Positions 17,509 through 27,541 of a stretch of 64,000 bases of DNA are shown piece by piece. The translations under genes and the position numbers were made by a program. The stretch is taken from assembly GCA_051003195.1 (NCBI GenBank), contig JBPCLP010000030.1, positions 40,748-104,747 on the forward strand, written 5' to 3'. Source of the stretch: Candidatus Sumerlaeaceae bacterium. Its GTDB lineage: Bacteria; Sumerlaeota; Sumerlaeia; Sumerlaeales; Sumerlaeaceae. Numbering within the stretch: the first letter of the stretch is position 1; each line of letters starts with the position of its first letter. The notes below the pieces were generated by a model. That model saw nothing but the letters and a program-made list of their open reading frames with translations. It was not told the origin of the DNA and searched no databases.

Positions 17509-19185
17509 CTACGCCCGAGGCAGTTTGCGGTACCTCGCGCGGCGGTTTTCGACGGCGGCATCACCCAGTTCCCTGCGCCGCGCGACCTCGTACTCTTCGT
17601 AATTGCCGTCGAACAGGCGGACCTTCGCATCGCCCTCGAACGCAAGGATGTGGGTGCAGATGCGGTTGAGAAAGAAGCGGTCGTGGCTGATGACGAGCAC
17701 CGAGCCGGCAAACCCACTGATGGCGTCTTCGAGCATGCGGAGGCTGTTGACGTCGAGGTCGTTTGTGGGCTCATCCAGCAGCAGCACATTGCCGCCCGAC
17801 TTCAGCAGCTTGGCCAGGTGGACGCGGTTGCGTTCGCCGCCCGATAAGTTCTTAACAAGTTTCTGCTGGTCGGAGCCGCGGAAGTTGAACTGGCTGACGT
17901 AACTGCGGGCGGGAATGGTACGCTTGCCCATTGGGATGTCGTCTTTGCCCTCGCTGATCTCGTCGAAGACGGTGTTGTCGCCAACGAGCGAATCGCGGTG
18001 CTGATCGACGTACGACATGCGCACCGTGCTGCCGACGACAATTTCGCCTGCATCGGGTTCTTCCTGTTTTGTTATCATGCGGAAGAGCGTGGTTTTACCG
18101 GTGCCGTTGGGGCCAATGATGCCGACGACCGCGCCCTTGGGCACATTGAAAGTAACGTCTTTGATCAGCGGCTCGCCGCCGTAGCCCTTGGTCACGTTGT
18201 TCACTTCGATGACCTGGTCGCCGAGGTGCTCGGCGGGGGCGATGCGGATGACGCCTTCTTCCTGGTCCTCGGCGCCGGCGCGTTCCTTCGCCACGAGGCG
18301 CTCATAATCGGCGAGACGGTTGCGGCTCATCTCCCGGTGTTCGGCGGTGTTCATCTTGATCCAGTTGAGCTCGCCTTCCAGCGACTTTCGACGGGCGGAT
18401 GCTTTCTTTTCCGACTGCGCGAGCATCTGGAGCTTTTGCCCAATCCAGGAGGAATAGTTACCCTCGAACGGAATGCCTTTGCCGGCGTCGAGTTCGAGGA
18501 TCCACTTGGTGATGTTGTCGAGGAAGTAGCGGTCGTGCGTGACGACGATCACGTTGCCCGGGTATTCGCGGAGCTGCTGCTCGAGCCAGTCCACCGTCTC
18601 GGCGTCGAGATGGTTGGTCGGCTCGTCGAGCAGGAGCATGTCGGGGCGTTCGAGCAATACGCGGGCGAGCGCGACACGGCGGCGTTCACCGCCTGAGAGC
18701 TTGGTGACGTCCATGTCGTCGGGCGGCAGCACCATGGCGTTGCTGGCGACGGCGAGTTTCTGGTCGAGGTTCCACGCGTCGGCGGCTTCGATCTTGTCCT
18801 GCATGGCCGACATGCGATCGAGCGCTTTTTCCATCTCGTCGCCTTCGAGTTCGCCGACCTTGTTAGCGAGGTCTTCGTAGTCTTTGACGAGTTTGACGGT
18901 GTCTGCGAATGCCATCTCCAGGTTCTCTTTGACGTTCTTGGTGGGGTCGAGCTGCGGCTCCTGCGGTACGTAGCCCACGCGCACGTTTTTCATCGGCGCG
19001 GCGTGACCGTCGAAGTCTTTGTCCATGCCCGCCATGATGCGCAGCAGCGTGGATTTTCCGGAACCGTTGTCGCCGACAATGCCAATCTTGGCATCGGGAT
19101 AAAAGGACAGGTTGATGTCCTTGAGAACGTGCTTCTGGCTGTAGTGCTTGTTCAGCTTATAGATGGAGAAAACAAATTCAGGCAT
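17509..19185 (-). CDS. ettA: Energy-dependent translational throttle protein (ABC-F)
   Basis: LKDINLSFYPDAKIG, two ABC domains, WILELDAGKGIPFEGNYSSW, DRFFLNRICTHILAFEG. Confidence 0.93.
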   Translation of the reverse strand: MPEFVFSIYKLNKHYSQKHVLKDINLSFYPDAKIGIVGDNGSGKSTLLRIMAGMDKDFDGHAAPMKNVRVGYVPQEPQLDPTKNVKENLEMAFADTVKLVKDYEDLANKVGELEGDEMEKALDRMSAMQDKIEAADAWNLDQKLAVASNAMVLPPDDMDVTKLSGGERRRVALARVLLERPDMLLLDEPTNHLDAETVDWLEQQLREYPGNVIVVTHDRYFLDNITKWILELDAGKGIPFEGNYSSWIGQKLQMLAQSEKKASARRKSLEGELNWIKMNTAEHREMSRNRLADYERLVAKERAGAEDQEEGVIRIAPAEHLGDQVIEVNNVTKGYGGEPLIKDVTFNVPKGAVVGIIGPNGTGKTTLFRMITKQEEPDAGEIVVGSTVRMSYVDQHRDSLVGDNTVFDEISEGKDDIPMGKRTIPARSYVSQFNFRGSDQQKLVKNLSGGERNRVHLAKLLKSGGNVLLLDEPTNDLDVNSLRMLEDAISGFAGSVLVISHDRFFLNRICTHILAFEGDAKVRLFDGNYEEYEVARRRELGDAAVENRRARYRKLPRA

Positions 19186-19298
19186 GGAGCTCCCTAAAAA
19201 AATTCAAAGGTCAAAATTCAAAATGGTAGATCGGTTGTGAGAACCGAATGACCGGGTGCAGTGGGGGAGCGGTCAAGAGAACTTGTGACGCGGGAGTT

Positions 19299-19389
19299 GT
19301 CTACCGTTAGTAGTAATCGGTTCTGTGTGCCGAATCGAGATCAAGTCTGCGCTTTGGTCTGGTAAGGAACTACGGATTCGGCACACTGG
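19299..19389. other. Unassigned conserved structured non-coding element, copy A
   Basis: Highly similar to 60767-60855; internal stem GTGTGCCGAATC...GATTCGGCACAC. Confidence 0.65.
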
Positions 19390-19522
19390 AGTAGACGTAG
19401 GGGCGCGTTGTTCCTGAAATGCACTGAAACGGTTGCTGTTGACAAGCACCGTCGATTTTGCGCTGGTGCTTACGGCAGCTCTGCGTTTCGCTGGCGGCCG
19501 ATCAGTTTTAAGGGAGTCACCT

Positions 19523-20245
19523 GTGTTCAGAATTCTTGTGTTCGCGGCGTTCTGTTTTATTGCCGCAGTTGCCACTGCCGGCGAGCCGGTGCTGTACTCG
19601 CTTCAGCTGCAGGACAATCGGATCGTGAATCTCAGCGGCAACTATTCGTTCTCGAGCGGAGACGTGAATGCGGACATCACGATCGTCCAGAGCAGTGATG
19701 GCACGATTGGTTTTGGAGCGTTTGTTACGGGCGCAGGCATAGCGAAAACTTTTATTACTTCCGGGCACCTGAAGGCGGCGAACGATACATTGACCTGGAG
19801 TGTCCAGGCCGCGGCGGACGGCGGATTTTCGATCAAATTCAAAGGCACCGCGCACCCGAATGTAAGCAGCGCATTTACGATTGAGGGCAAACTCGAAGGA
19901 CCAGCGGTTTCGACGAGCTTTACCGGCACGCTTGTGCCGCAGAATTCCGCGCAGGGTATGACGATTTCCTCGACCACTGTCAACGATGTAGCGACCTGGC
20001 AGATCTGGACGCCGCTCTTTAATGAGGTGGGCAATGTGGGAATCAAAGGCGGAAAGAAAAATGCGAAGATCCTGGTGAAGGAACCTTTCGTGAAGGCCAC
20101 CTTCCATGGGTTGATTTCCAAGAATGATGAAGACTTCAACTGGACGAGCGGTCCCGGCAACAGCGTTGTGAAAATTGGGAAGATGCACCTGGTGGTGACG
20201 CCCTCGCAGTTTTTTGCGACGCTGATTAACAGCAACCAGCTCTAG
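19523..20245 (+). CDS. Hypothetical secreted protein (no DW/EW tail)
   Basis: AGGGAG RBS before GTG 19523; signal peptide VFRILVFAAFCFIAAVATA; beta-rich. Confidence 0.7.
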   Translation: MFRILVFAAFCFIAAVATAGEPVLYSLQLQDNRIVNLSGNYSFSSGDVNADITIVQSSDGTIGFGAFVTGAGIAKTFITSGHLKAANDTLTWSVQAAADGGFSIKFKGTAHPNVSSAFTIEGKLEGPAVSTSFTGTLVPQNSAQGMTISSTTVNDVATWQIWTPLFNEVGNVGIKGGKKNAKILVKEPFVKATFHGLISKNDEDFNWTSGPGNSVVKIGKMHLVVTPSQFFATLINSNQL

Positions 20246-20285
20246 AATGGTGTCCCAGAGTTCCGTTACAGATTTTCGGTTTCCG

Positions 20286-20474
20286 GCGCCCCTTCAGGGC
20301 GCGATGTAATTGGATCGATATCCCAGGGCTGCGTCGACCACAAAAAGCCGTGGCCTCCTTTCCCTGGGCTGTGTTCCGCTGCACCTTCGGTGCAAAAAAC
20401 TGAGGCTGCGTCGACCACAAAAAGCCGTGGCCTCCTTTCCCTGGGCTGTGTTCCGCGGCACCTTCGGTGCAAAA
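20286..20474. repeat. REP-like element with a 71-bp direct repeat (period 77)
   Basis: GGCTGCGTCGACCACAAAAAGCCGTGG...GCACCTTCGGTGCAAAA at 20327 and 20404 (one mismatch); GCCCCTTCAGGGC and CCCAGGG/CCCTGGG palindromes. Confidence 0.85.
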
Positions 20475-20567
20475 TGATTCCGACGGAATTCTGCCCGAAT
20501 TTTTAGGGACAACTCACTAGCCGCCGCGGGATTGACAGCGCTGCTCGGCAGGCCTTGTTAGCCGCTC

Positions 20568-21347
20568 ATGACTAAAATTATTATAAGTGGACCGCGTGGC
20601 CGGATGGGCCAGGCGATCCTGAAGCTGGCCGGCACAGACGCGACCGTCGACGTGATCGGCGCGGTGGATTCTGGCGGGGGCGCGGGTGCCGCCATTCCGT
20701 TTAGAAATGGCAGCATCGCCAACTCTGCGGATCTGCATGCGGTGCAGTCTTCGGCAGGGTGCGTCCTGGTTGAATTCACGACGCCGGAAGCGACGCTCGA
20801 GCATGTGTCCCAGGCCGCCGGGCTGGGTGTGAATTGCATCGTCGGAACGACAGGTTTCACGCTGGACCAGCGGAGCGAGCTGCAGCGCTACTCGGAGCAC
20901 ATCGCGCTCATTATCGCGCCGAACACGAGCCTTGGCGTAAACGTTCTGCTCGGGATTGTCGAGCAGGTTGCAGCCGCGCTAGCCGGCTACGATATTGAGC
21001 TGACAGAGATGCACCATCGACTCAAGAAAGACGCTCCCAGCGGCACGGCGGTCGCGCTGGCGGAGGCGGCCGCGAAGGGACGCAGGCTTTCGCTGTCGGA
21101 CGTCGCGAAGCATGGGCGATCGGGACTGACCGGCGAACGCCCGGTGGACGAGATTGGAATCCACTCGCTGCGAGGCGGTGATGTGGTGGGCGAGCACACA
21201 ATGACTTTTGCCGGGCCGGGCGAACGCGTGGAGATAACGCATTGTGCGCACAGCCGTGATACTTTTGCCGCGGGCGCGCTGGTCGCCGCGAAGTGGCTGG
21301 CGGGTAAACAGCCCGGGTTGTATACGATGCGAGATGTGCTGCTGTGA
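20568..21347 (+). CDS. dapB: 4-hydroxy-tetrahydrodipicolinate reductase
   Basis: GPRGRMG, VGTTG, EMHHRLKKDAPSGTA, HSLRGGDVVGEH. Confidence 0.96.
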   Translation: MTKIIISGPRGRMGQAILKLAGTDATVDVIGAVDSGGGAGAAIPFRNGSIANSADLHAVQSSAGCVLVEFTTPEATLEHVSQAAGLGVNCIVGTTGFTLDQRSELQRYSEHIALIIAPNTSLGVNVLLGIVEQVAAALAGYDIELTEMHHRLKKDAPSGTAVALAEAAAKGRRLSLSDVAKHGRSGLTGERPVDEIGIHSLRGGDVVGEHTMTFAGPGERVEITHCAHSRDTFAAGALVAAKWLAGKQPGLYTMRDVLL

Positions 21348-21458
21348 GCGGGAAAGCTTAATTTAAGGTCAAAATTAAAAATGACGTGTGACTTAGCTGC
21401 GCGAGCCGCTTCGACGGACAGTCGTGTCGTTCTCTTGCTGAGGCGGGTATTCCAAAGT

Positions 21459-21490
21459 TAAAAGGCCGGGGTGATTGCTCACCCCGGCCG
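21459..21490 (-). terminator. Terminator directly after rpsL
   Basis: Minus strand GGCCGGGGTGA-GCAA-TCACCCCGGCC-TTTT. Confidence 0.8.
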
Positions 21491-21521
21491 CTGCGATTTA
21501 TTACTTTTGAATTCTTGTGTT

Positions 21522-21893
21522 TTACTTCGGACGCTTGGCTCCGTACTTGGAACGGCTCTGTTTGCGGTTGGCAACGCCCTGGGTGTCGAGGATGCCGCGC
21601 ACGATGTGGTAGCGGATACCCGGAAGGTCCTTCACACGACCGCCACGGATCATCACGATGGAGTGCTCCTGCAGGTTGTGTCCTTCACCGGGGATGTATG
21701 CGGAAACTTCAAACCCGTTGGTCAAACGCACACGGGCAACCTTGCGCAGCGCGGAGTTAGGCTTCTTGGGTGTGGTGGTGTAGACGCGCGTGCATACGCC
21801 GCGCTTGAACGGGCACGCGGCCAGAGCCGGTGTGTTCTTCTTCGTCTTTACCCGCTTGCGTTGGCTGCGAACCAACTGGTTAATCGTCGGCAT
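21522..21893 (-). CDS. rpsL: 30S ribosomal protein S12
   Basis: [36 protein letters not shown]. Confidence 0.99.
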   Translation of the reverse strand: MPTINQLVRSQRKRVKTKKNTPALAACPFKRGVCTRVYTTTPKKPNSALRKVARVRLTNGFEVSAYIPGEGHNLQEHSIVMIRGGRVKDLPGIRYHIVRGILDTQGVANRKQSRSKYGAKRPK

Positions 21894-22178
21894 TCCTGTC
21901 CTCTTGTTAGCGGTCTGCGAGTCGCACAGTTGCGGATGGCAGACGTAATGCTTCCTGGTATGTGTTCTGCAAACTGTGGATCAAACCGCCTACCGCTGAG
22001 TTTATTCAGCTTTTGCAGCGGCGCGCGCGGCTGAGTTGTAATCGTAATCGTATCAAAGGTTAGGGGCCGACGGTGGCGTGCATTCTATGGTGAATTAAGA
22101 GGACGCGCTGCGGATGCGACGGTCGCTTGACAACCCCCGGGTGCGCCTGAGCCTTGGAGACCTCATGCGAGACAACTA

Positions 22179-23294
22179 TTGAAACGCGTTGCGATCATCA
22201 TGGCAGGCGGAGTGGGGGAGCGCTTCTGGCCGATTAGCCGCCACAGTTACCCGAAACAGTTGCTCAAGATCGGCAACCAGCGCACGATGCTGGATGCAGC
22301 GGTGGAGCGCATTCAGTCCATCGTTTCGACCGACGACATCTTTATCGTAACTGGTCGCAGCCTGAAAGCGGCCATTGAAGCAGAAATCAAGACGCTACCG
22401 GCCGGCAACGTGATTGCGGAGCCGGAAGGCAAGAACACTGCGGCCTGCCTGGCGCTTGCCTGCGCGCTGGTCGAACAGCGCTACACCGGCGAGGATGTTG
22501 TTATGATCGTGCTGACGGCCGATCATTTTATAAGGGACGTCGATGCATTCCGCAAGGACTGTGAAGCGGCGGCGCAGTTTGCCGGGCAAAACGCTGCGCT
22601 GGTCACTTTTGGAATTCGGCCGACGCGTCCTGAAACAGGTTACGGATATATTGAAGTCGGTGCGCCCGCGTCGGATAGCGCGCCGATTTTCAAGGTCTCC
22701 TCTTTTCGTGAGAAGCCAGACGCCGGTACCGCCGAACGGTTCCTCGAAGACGGCGGTTTCCTGTGGAATTCAGGGATGTTCGTCTGGCGTAACTCAACTC
22801 TTCGTGACGCATTTGCCTCCCACCTTCCTGCAACGCACTCGCGGCTGGATGCCCTGGCGCGGGCGTTTGGTCACGGTCAGCCGCTGAGGGAACTCGATGA
22901 GGCGTTCCAGCCGCTGGAGAAAATTTCGATCGATGTCGGGGTGATGGAGCGGGCGACCAACGTGGTTGTGCTGCGCGCATCCTTTGACTGGGACGACATC
23001 GGAACATGGACATCGCTGCCGCGTCTGCTGGGACAGGATGCTGCAGGCAATGTGGTGTTCGGAAAAGGTGCGCTGCTCAAGAGTGAGGATTCAATTATCT
23101 ACACGGTGGATTGTGGTGGAAACGAATCCGCTTCCGCGCCTGCTCATCCGAGACTTGTGGTCGGGTATAATCTCAAGGGAATTGTCGTGGTTAGTACGCC
23201 CGATGCCGTGTTCGTATTACCCGCGGAAGACGTGCAGCGCGTGAAGGACGTCGTGAGTTATCTGCGCGAGCAGGGGCTGGAGGAGTATCTCTGA
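22179..23294 (+). CDS. manC: Mannose-1-phosphate guanylyltransferase
   Basis: IMAGGVGERFWPISR, EPEGKNTA, PETGYGYI, FREKP, WNSGMF, WDDIGTW. Confidence 0.93.
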   Translation: MKRVAIIMAGGVGERFWPISRHSYPKQLLKIGNQRTMLDAAVERIQSIVSTDDIFIVTGRSLKAAIEAEIKTLPAGNVIAEPEGKNTAACLALACALVEQRYTGEDVVMIVLTADHFIRDVDAFRKDCEAAAQFAGQNAALVTFGIRPTRPETGYGYIEVGAPASDSAPIFKVSSFREKPDAGTAERFLEDGGFLWNSGMFVWRNSTLRDAFASHLPATHSRLDALARAFGHGQPLRELDEAFQPLEKISIDVGVMERATNVVVLRASFDWDDIGTWTSLPRLLGQDAAGNVVFGKGALLKSEDSIIYTVDCGGNESASAPAHPRLVVGYNLKGIVVVSTPDAVFVLPAEDVQRVKDVVSYLREQGLEEYL

Positions 23295-23302
23295 GCAGCA
23301 TT

Positions 23303-23962
23303 TTGTTCCCTGGAATTAAACTCGTGGTGTTCGACCTGGACGGGACACTGGTCGACGCATTTGAAGATATTACCGCCGCGGCAAATCATATACGTGAGCT
23401 GAACTCCCTGCCGCCTCTCGCCATTTCTGAAGTGAAGAAATACGTAGGGCACGGCGCGCGCGTCCTGGTGCAACGCGTGCTGGGGATTGACGATGACATG
23501 GAAATCGAACGGAACCACGACAGCCTGGTCGCGTTTTACACGAACCACCCCAGCGGCACGTCGTGCTTATATCCTGGCACGACGGACGTGCTGAGTCATT
23601 TGCGCACATGCGGAATCAAGACGGCGGTGTGCAGCAACAAACCGGATCAAGTGACGCAGCGCGTGCTCGAAGACCTGGGTGTGCGCTCGCTGCTGGATGG
23701 TGCAATGGGTGAGACGGAGGGTGTGCGCCGCAAACCAGCGGCTGACATGATGCATGTGTTGATGCAAAAGCTGGATGTCACAGCGGCCGAAACCCTGATG
23801 GTTGGGGATACCGAAGTGGATATCAGTTTCGCGCGCGCTGCCGGTGTGCGATGCGTAGGTGTTACGTATGGGCAGTATGATCGGAAGTATCTCGCCGGGT
23901 ATGGGCCGGATGTGATCATTGATTCGCTGAGTGAGCTGCCGGGGTTGGTGGTCAGCGAGTAA
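23303..23962 (+). CDS. HAD-IA hydrolase, phosphoglycolate phosphatase-like
   Basis: FDLDGTLVD, RKP, MVGDTEVD. Confidence 0.88.
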   Translation: MFPGIKLVVFDLDGTLVDAFEDITAAANHIRELNSLPPLAISEVKKYVGHGARVLVQRVLGIDDDMEIERNHDSLVAFYTNHPSGTSCLYPGTTDVLSHLRTCGIKTAVCSNKPDQVTQRVLEDLGVRSLLDGAMGETEGVRRKPAADMMHVLMQKLDVTAAETLMVGDTEVDISFARAAGVRCVGVTYGQYDRKYLAGYGPDVIIDSLSELPGLVVSE

Positions 23963-23973
23963 TATCGTGATTC

Positions 23974-24066
23974 GGTGTCGCAGCGGAGTGCGACGGGCGG
24001 GCCGGGCGCAGGAGCGCACCGGCCAGAGAGGGGCGAGTGGCCGGGAGCTGGAGCGTATCGGCAGAG
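23974..24066. repeat. Dispersed copy of the RAYT-associated REP (one full and one degenerate unit)
   Basis: GGTGTCGCAGCGGAGTGCGACGGGCGGGCCGGGCGCAGGAGCGCACCGGCCAGAG between convergent genes. Confidence 0.85.
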
Positions 24067-24082
24067 AAGAGAAAGGTCAAAT

Positions 24083-24823
24083 TCAAAAGAAAACTCTGTC
24101 GAGTGAGAGGGCGATGCAATTGTATAAGCCGTGGATAATTGCGGCGATCGCGATGTACGGCGCGGCGGGGGAAAAGCTGGCGGGCCGTCCGACGAGGACA
24201 GTTTCGCGCCAAACCTTTTGAAGTCCCATGCTACCTGCGAGTGCGCACCCGACATGCATCGCGACGCAAATGGTCCAGCGCACCACCGCGAGAGTGGCTT
24301 TGCTGCTGGTCGTCATATCAGCTGCGTAGACATTCAGGTACAGTAGGTTTTCAATCGCGGCAAAGATGAAGGCGGTAAGTGCCGCGCACAACGGGAACTG
24401 CCATTTCGCTATGAGAAGATACGGTTTCTTTTCAAGCAGGTAGAACAAGCCCGACTGCTTGGCGATTTCTTCGACAATGGGTCCGGCAATAATAACGTAG
24501 AACATTCCTGTCAGGCCAGGATTGCCGCCGACAAATGCACTCAGGATTGCGATGGGTCCGGCGAGTACGCCGGCGAGCACAGCGCAAAGTAACGCGACGG
24601 CCGGTGACGAAGCCATCCGCCGTGTAAGCACATACTTCGCGAAGTCGGTCTCTGATTGCGACGCTACGAGATGCGGCTCGGAGAAAGCGGAGTCTCGGAT
24701 GGCTTCCATTTCCGACGTGGAGTTGAGAGGAGGCAGAGCCTCCATCGATTCCTCGGGCAGAGCCACAAACTCGCGCTGCTGGAATTGCGGTTCCGCTTCG
24801 ATGGAGTGCAGGTCGGGTTTCAC
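24083..24823 (-). CDS. PrsW-family intramembrane glutamic protease
   Basis: GPIVEEIAK, FAAIEN, MH and IIHGLYN motifs; GTG start overlaps the upstream TGA. Confidence 0.82.
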   Translation of the reverse strand: MKPDLHSIEAEPQFQQREFVALPEESMEALPPLNSTSEMEAIRDSAFSEPHLVASQSETDFAKYVLTRRMASSPAVALLCAVLAGVLAGPIAILSAFVGGNPGLTGMFYVIIAGPIVEEIAKQSGLFYLLEKKPYLLIAKWQFPLCAALTAFIFAAIENLLYLNVYAADMTTSSKATLAVVRWTICVAMHVGCALAGSMGLQKVWRETVLVGRPASFSPAAPYIAIAAIIHGLYNCIALSLDRVFF

Positions 24824-25299
24824 TTCACCCGGTAAGCAGTGCCGTAGGCGCAGATCTCGGCCCCTGTGGATTGCCTGCGCTGTGTGTCTCCCATGAAGAC
24901 GGTATAGAAGCGCATGTTCCATACGACATTGGCGCCGCTTGCCTGTGCCTGGCGCAGCATGCGGACAACTGCTTCGCGGCGGCCTCGTTCGAGCAATGTT
25001 TCGAACTCGGTGAGATTGCCGCCGAAAAGATTGTGAAACCAGCTCATGAACACCTTGAAATAATCGGTCGCGATGACAACTGAGCCGATGACGAGTTCGC
25101 CGGGGTTTTCAGCGGTCCAACCAGGCGGGAAGTTCTTCATAGTCGAAACGAGTATTCCCGCGAATTCCTGTTCCGCGATCGCGAGGCGTTTGTAGTGTCT
25201 TTTCTCAACAGCGCGGCCAGTGAAATACCCGGCGATCAGCAGGACGACCGGGATCCCGAGCTGAATCAGCTGCGGGATAATTTGCGCTTCGGACCTCAT
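24820..25299 (-). CDS. YbjQ-like (heavy-metal-binding domain) membrane protein
   Basis: N-terminal TM segment; LVIGSVVIATDYFK, FGGNL, ERGRREAVVRM, AYGTA. Confidence 0.85.
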   Translation of the reverse strand: MRSEAQIIPQLIQLGIPVVLLIAGYFTGRAVEKRHYKRLAIAEQEFAGILVSTMKNFPPGWTAENPGELVIGSVVIATDYFKVFMSWFHNLFGGNLTEFETLLERGRREAVVRMLRQAQASGANVVWNMRFYTVFMGDTQRRQSTGAEICAYGTAYRVK

Positions 25300-25300
25300 A

Positions 25301-25624
25301 TCAGACCGACTGCTGCAGCACGACAGCCGTGCCATACGCGTAAACTTCGGCTGCGCCGGATGTAACGCTGCTGGTAGCAAATCGAACATTCACCACGGCG
25401 TTTGCGCCCAGTTGCAATGCTTGTGCGATCATTCGCTCGGTGGCTTCGCGTCGAGCCTCGATCAGCAACTCGGTGTATCCTTTCAGCTCGCCACCAAACA
25501 CATTCTTAAAACCGGCAGCGATGTCGCGTCCGATATGCTTGGCGCGAACGGTGCTCCCCTGCACCATGCCTTTGATCGCGACGATGTTGGAGCCTGGGAC
25601 GAAATCGGTGTTTACGACGATCAC
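25301..25624 (-). CDS. YbjQ family protein (UPF0145)
   Basis: GSTVRAKHIGRDIAAGFKNVFGGELKGY, GANAVVNVRF, AYGTAV. Confidence 0.92.
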   Translation of the reverse strand: MIVVNTDFVPGSNIVAIKGMVQGSTVRAKHIGRDIAAGFKNVFGGELKGYTELLIEARREATERMIAQALQLGANAVVNVRFATSSVTSGAAEVYAYGTAVVLQQSV

Positions 25625-25742
25625 GCTGTTATCCTTTGCGGATGAGTAAGTTGTGCAACCGCACGGATGCGTACGTTGCACGCATCACAGACAGCGGCAA
25701 TCCGGCGCAATGCAAAGGATTTTGGCGGGAGTCGACTTCGTG

Positions 25743-27317
25743 CTAATAAGGCGGCGCCTTGGGCGTTGCCTCGCGCGCGTTTTCCGACGAGTTGAGGCAG
25801 CGGCCGTACAAAAGTGTCATTTCTCGTACTTTGCGACCGAGTAACTCGCTCATTTGCCCGTTGGAAAGCCTCCACGACCAGTTACCCTCAGGTCGGCCGG
25901 GCATGTTCATACGGTGTTCGCTGTCCAGGTCCAGCAGGTCCTGCACGGGGACCACAAAAGTGTTGGCTATCGAAGTCATTCCAACCCGGATGAGGTCCCA
26001 ATTTGCGGCATTGCCGTCGACAGAAAGATAAACCTGCATCATGGCGCGCTCGGCTGGCGTCGAGGTGTGACGCCACCAGCCAAGACTTGTATCGTTGTCG
26101 TGAGTGCCAGTGTACACCACGCTTTCACGCTCGTGAGCATGCGGCAGGAAATGATTGTTGGGATCCGCAACCAGCGGATTGTGCCCTGCTGGCGTCCATG
26201 CGAATTGAAGGATAACCATGCCCGGGAGATGGAATTGTCGGCGTACTTCAGTTACATCGGTGGTTATCTCGCCAAGGTCTTCGGCAATAATCGGCAGGTC
26301 GCCGAGCACTTCTTTCATTCGAACGAAGAATTTTGCACCGGGACCGCGCCGCCACTTCCCATGTTCGGCTGTGGGATTGCCGAAGGGGACGGCGTAATAA
26401 CCCATAAAACCCCGAAAATGGTCCAGGCGCACGATATCCACGGTCGCGAAAATCGCTTTCATGCGTGCCGCCCACCACGCGAACCCGTCCTGCTCCATCC
26501 TCTCCCAGTCATAAAGTGGATTCCCCCACAGTTGCCCGGTGGCGCTGAAGTAATCCGGCGGTACGCCTGCTACAGAGGTCGGGTTGCCGTTCTCATCGAG
26601 CTGAAACAGATGCTGGTGCGCCCATGTGTCCGCACTGTCGTACGACACATAGATTGGAGCATCGCCGATCACCTCAATTGCGCGCTCGTGCGCAGACTTG
26701 CGAATTCGATTCCACTGGTCGAAGAAAAGGAACTGGGCGAAGCGGTGATACTCGATGTTGTCGGCGTGCTGCTTTCGCGCTTTATCCAGGGCAGACTTTT
26801 TGAAAGCGCGTAACTCGCGTTCCCATGTGTTCCATGCGCGACCCTCGTTTGCATCCTTGCAGGCCATGAAGAGTGCGTAGTCTTCCAGCCAGTCCACCAC
26901 GTCGGGTTGCGAGCGCCAGCGATCGTAACGATTCCGAATCTCGTGAAAGCCTCCCGAAACGAAACGCTGGTGAACTGCTCGCAGCAGGCTGTTCTTCCAG
27001 GAAATCACCCAGCCGTAATCCACTATTCCGCCCGGGAATTGAGGCGGCAGCACATCATCCAGCGTGGCCAGCCCGTCCTCTCGAAGTATATCCGGGCTCA
27101 CAAGTAGTGGGTTGCCCGCGAACGCGGAGAAACATTGGTAAGGAGAATCGCCGAAGCTGGTGGGCCCGAGAGGCAGAACCTGCCAGTATGCAAGGCCAGC
27201 GCTTGCCATCCAGTCGAGCAGCCGATACGCCGCTGGGCCAAGGTCGCCGATTCCATGTGGGCCTGGGAGTGAGGTGGGGTGGAGCAGAATTCCAGCGAGG
27301 CGGCGGTTCAAAGGCAT
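25743..27317 (-). CDS. malQ: 4-alpha-glucanotransferase (GH77)
   Basis: GILLHPTSLP, WQVLPLGP, GVPPDYFSATGQLWGNP, RLDHFRGF, AEDLG, YTGTHDNDT. Confidence 0.97.
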   Translation of the reverse strand: MPLNRRLAGILLHPTSLPGPHGIGDLGPAAYRLLDWMASAGLAYWQVLPLGPTSFGDSPYQCFSAFAGNPLLVSPDILREDGLATLDDVLPPQFPGGIVDYGWVISWKNSLLRAVHQRFVSGGFHEIRNRYDRWRSQPDVVDWLEDYALFMACKDANEGRAWNTWERELRAFKKSALDKARKQHADNIEYHRFAQFLFFDQWNRIRKSAHERAIEVIGDAPIYVSYDSADTWAHQHLFQLDENGNPTSVAGVPPDYFSATGQLWGNPLYDWERMEQDGFAWWAARMKAIFATVDIVRLDHFRGFMGYYAVPFGNPTAEHGKWRRGPGAKFFVRMKEVLGDLPIIAEDLGEITTDVTEVRRQFHLPGMVILQFAWTPAGHNPLVADPNNHFLPHAHERESVVYTGTHDNDTSLGWWRHTSTPAERAMMQVYLSVDGNAANWDLIRVGMTSIANTFVVPVQDLLDLDSEHRMNMPGRPEGNWSWRLSNGQMSELLGRKVREMTLLYGRCLNSSENAREATPKAPPY

Positions 27318-27541
27318 CGGGTTTGAGCGTGCTCCTGTGCGAAAGTAACTTCGAATTCAATTTCTGGATTACAGACGTCAAACAGCGTTTAAGCGCGGTT
27401 CCAGCATCTCCGGCGGTTTCGGCATGCATGATTCACGCCAAGAGCGAAGGAACATGGTGAGCAGATGGATCACGCAACAGGGCGGGCATTCTTGTGTCGG
27501 GTCGATTAAACATCCGATGGCGCGGTGGTACCTAAACCACA

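Noticed and set aside
19299..19389. c-di-AMP, purine or c-di-GMP riboswitch; integron attC site
   Set aside because: Only short fragments resemble these; core motifs and attC box complementarity are missing. Kept as an unassigned element.
20327..20474. CRISPR array
   Set aside because: Only two 71-bp direct copies with a 6-bp gap; REP-like hairpins.
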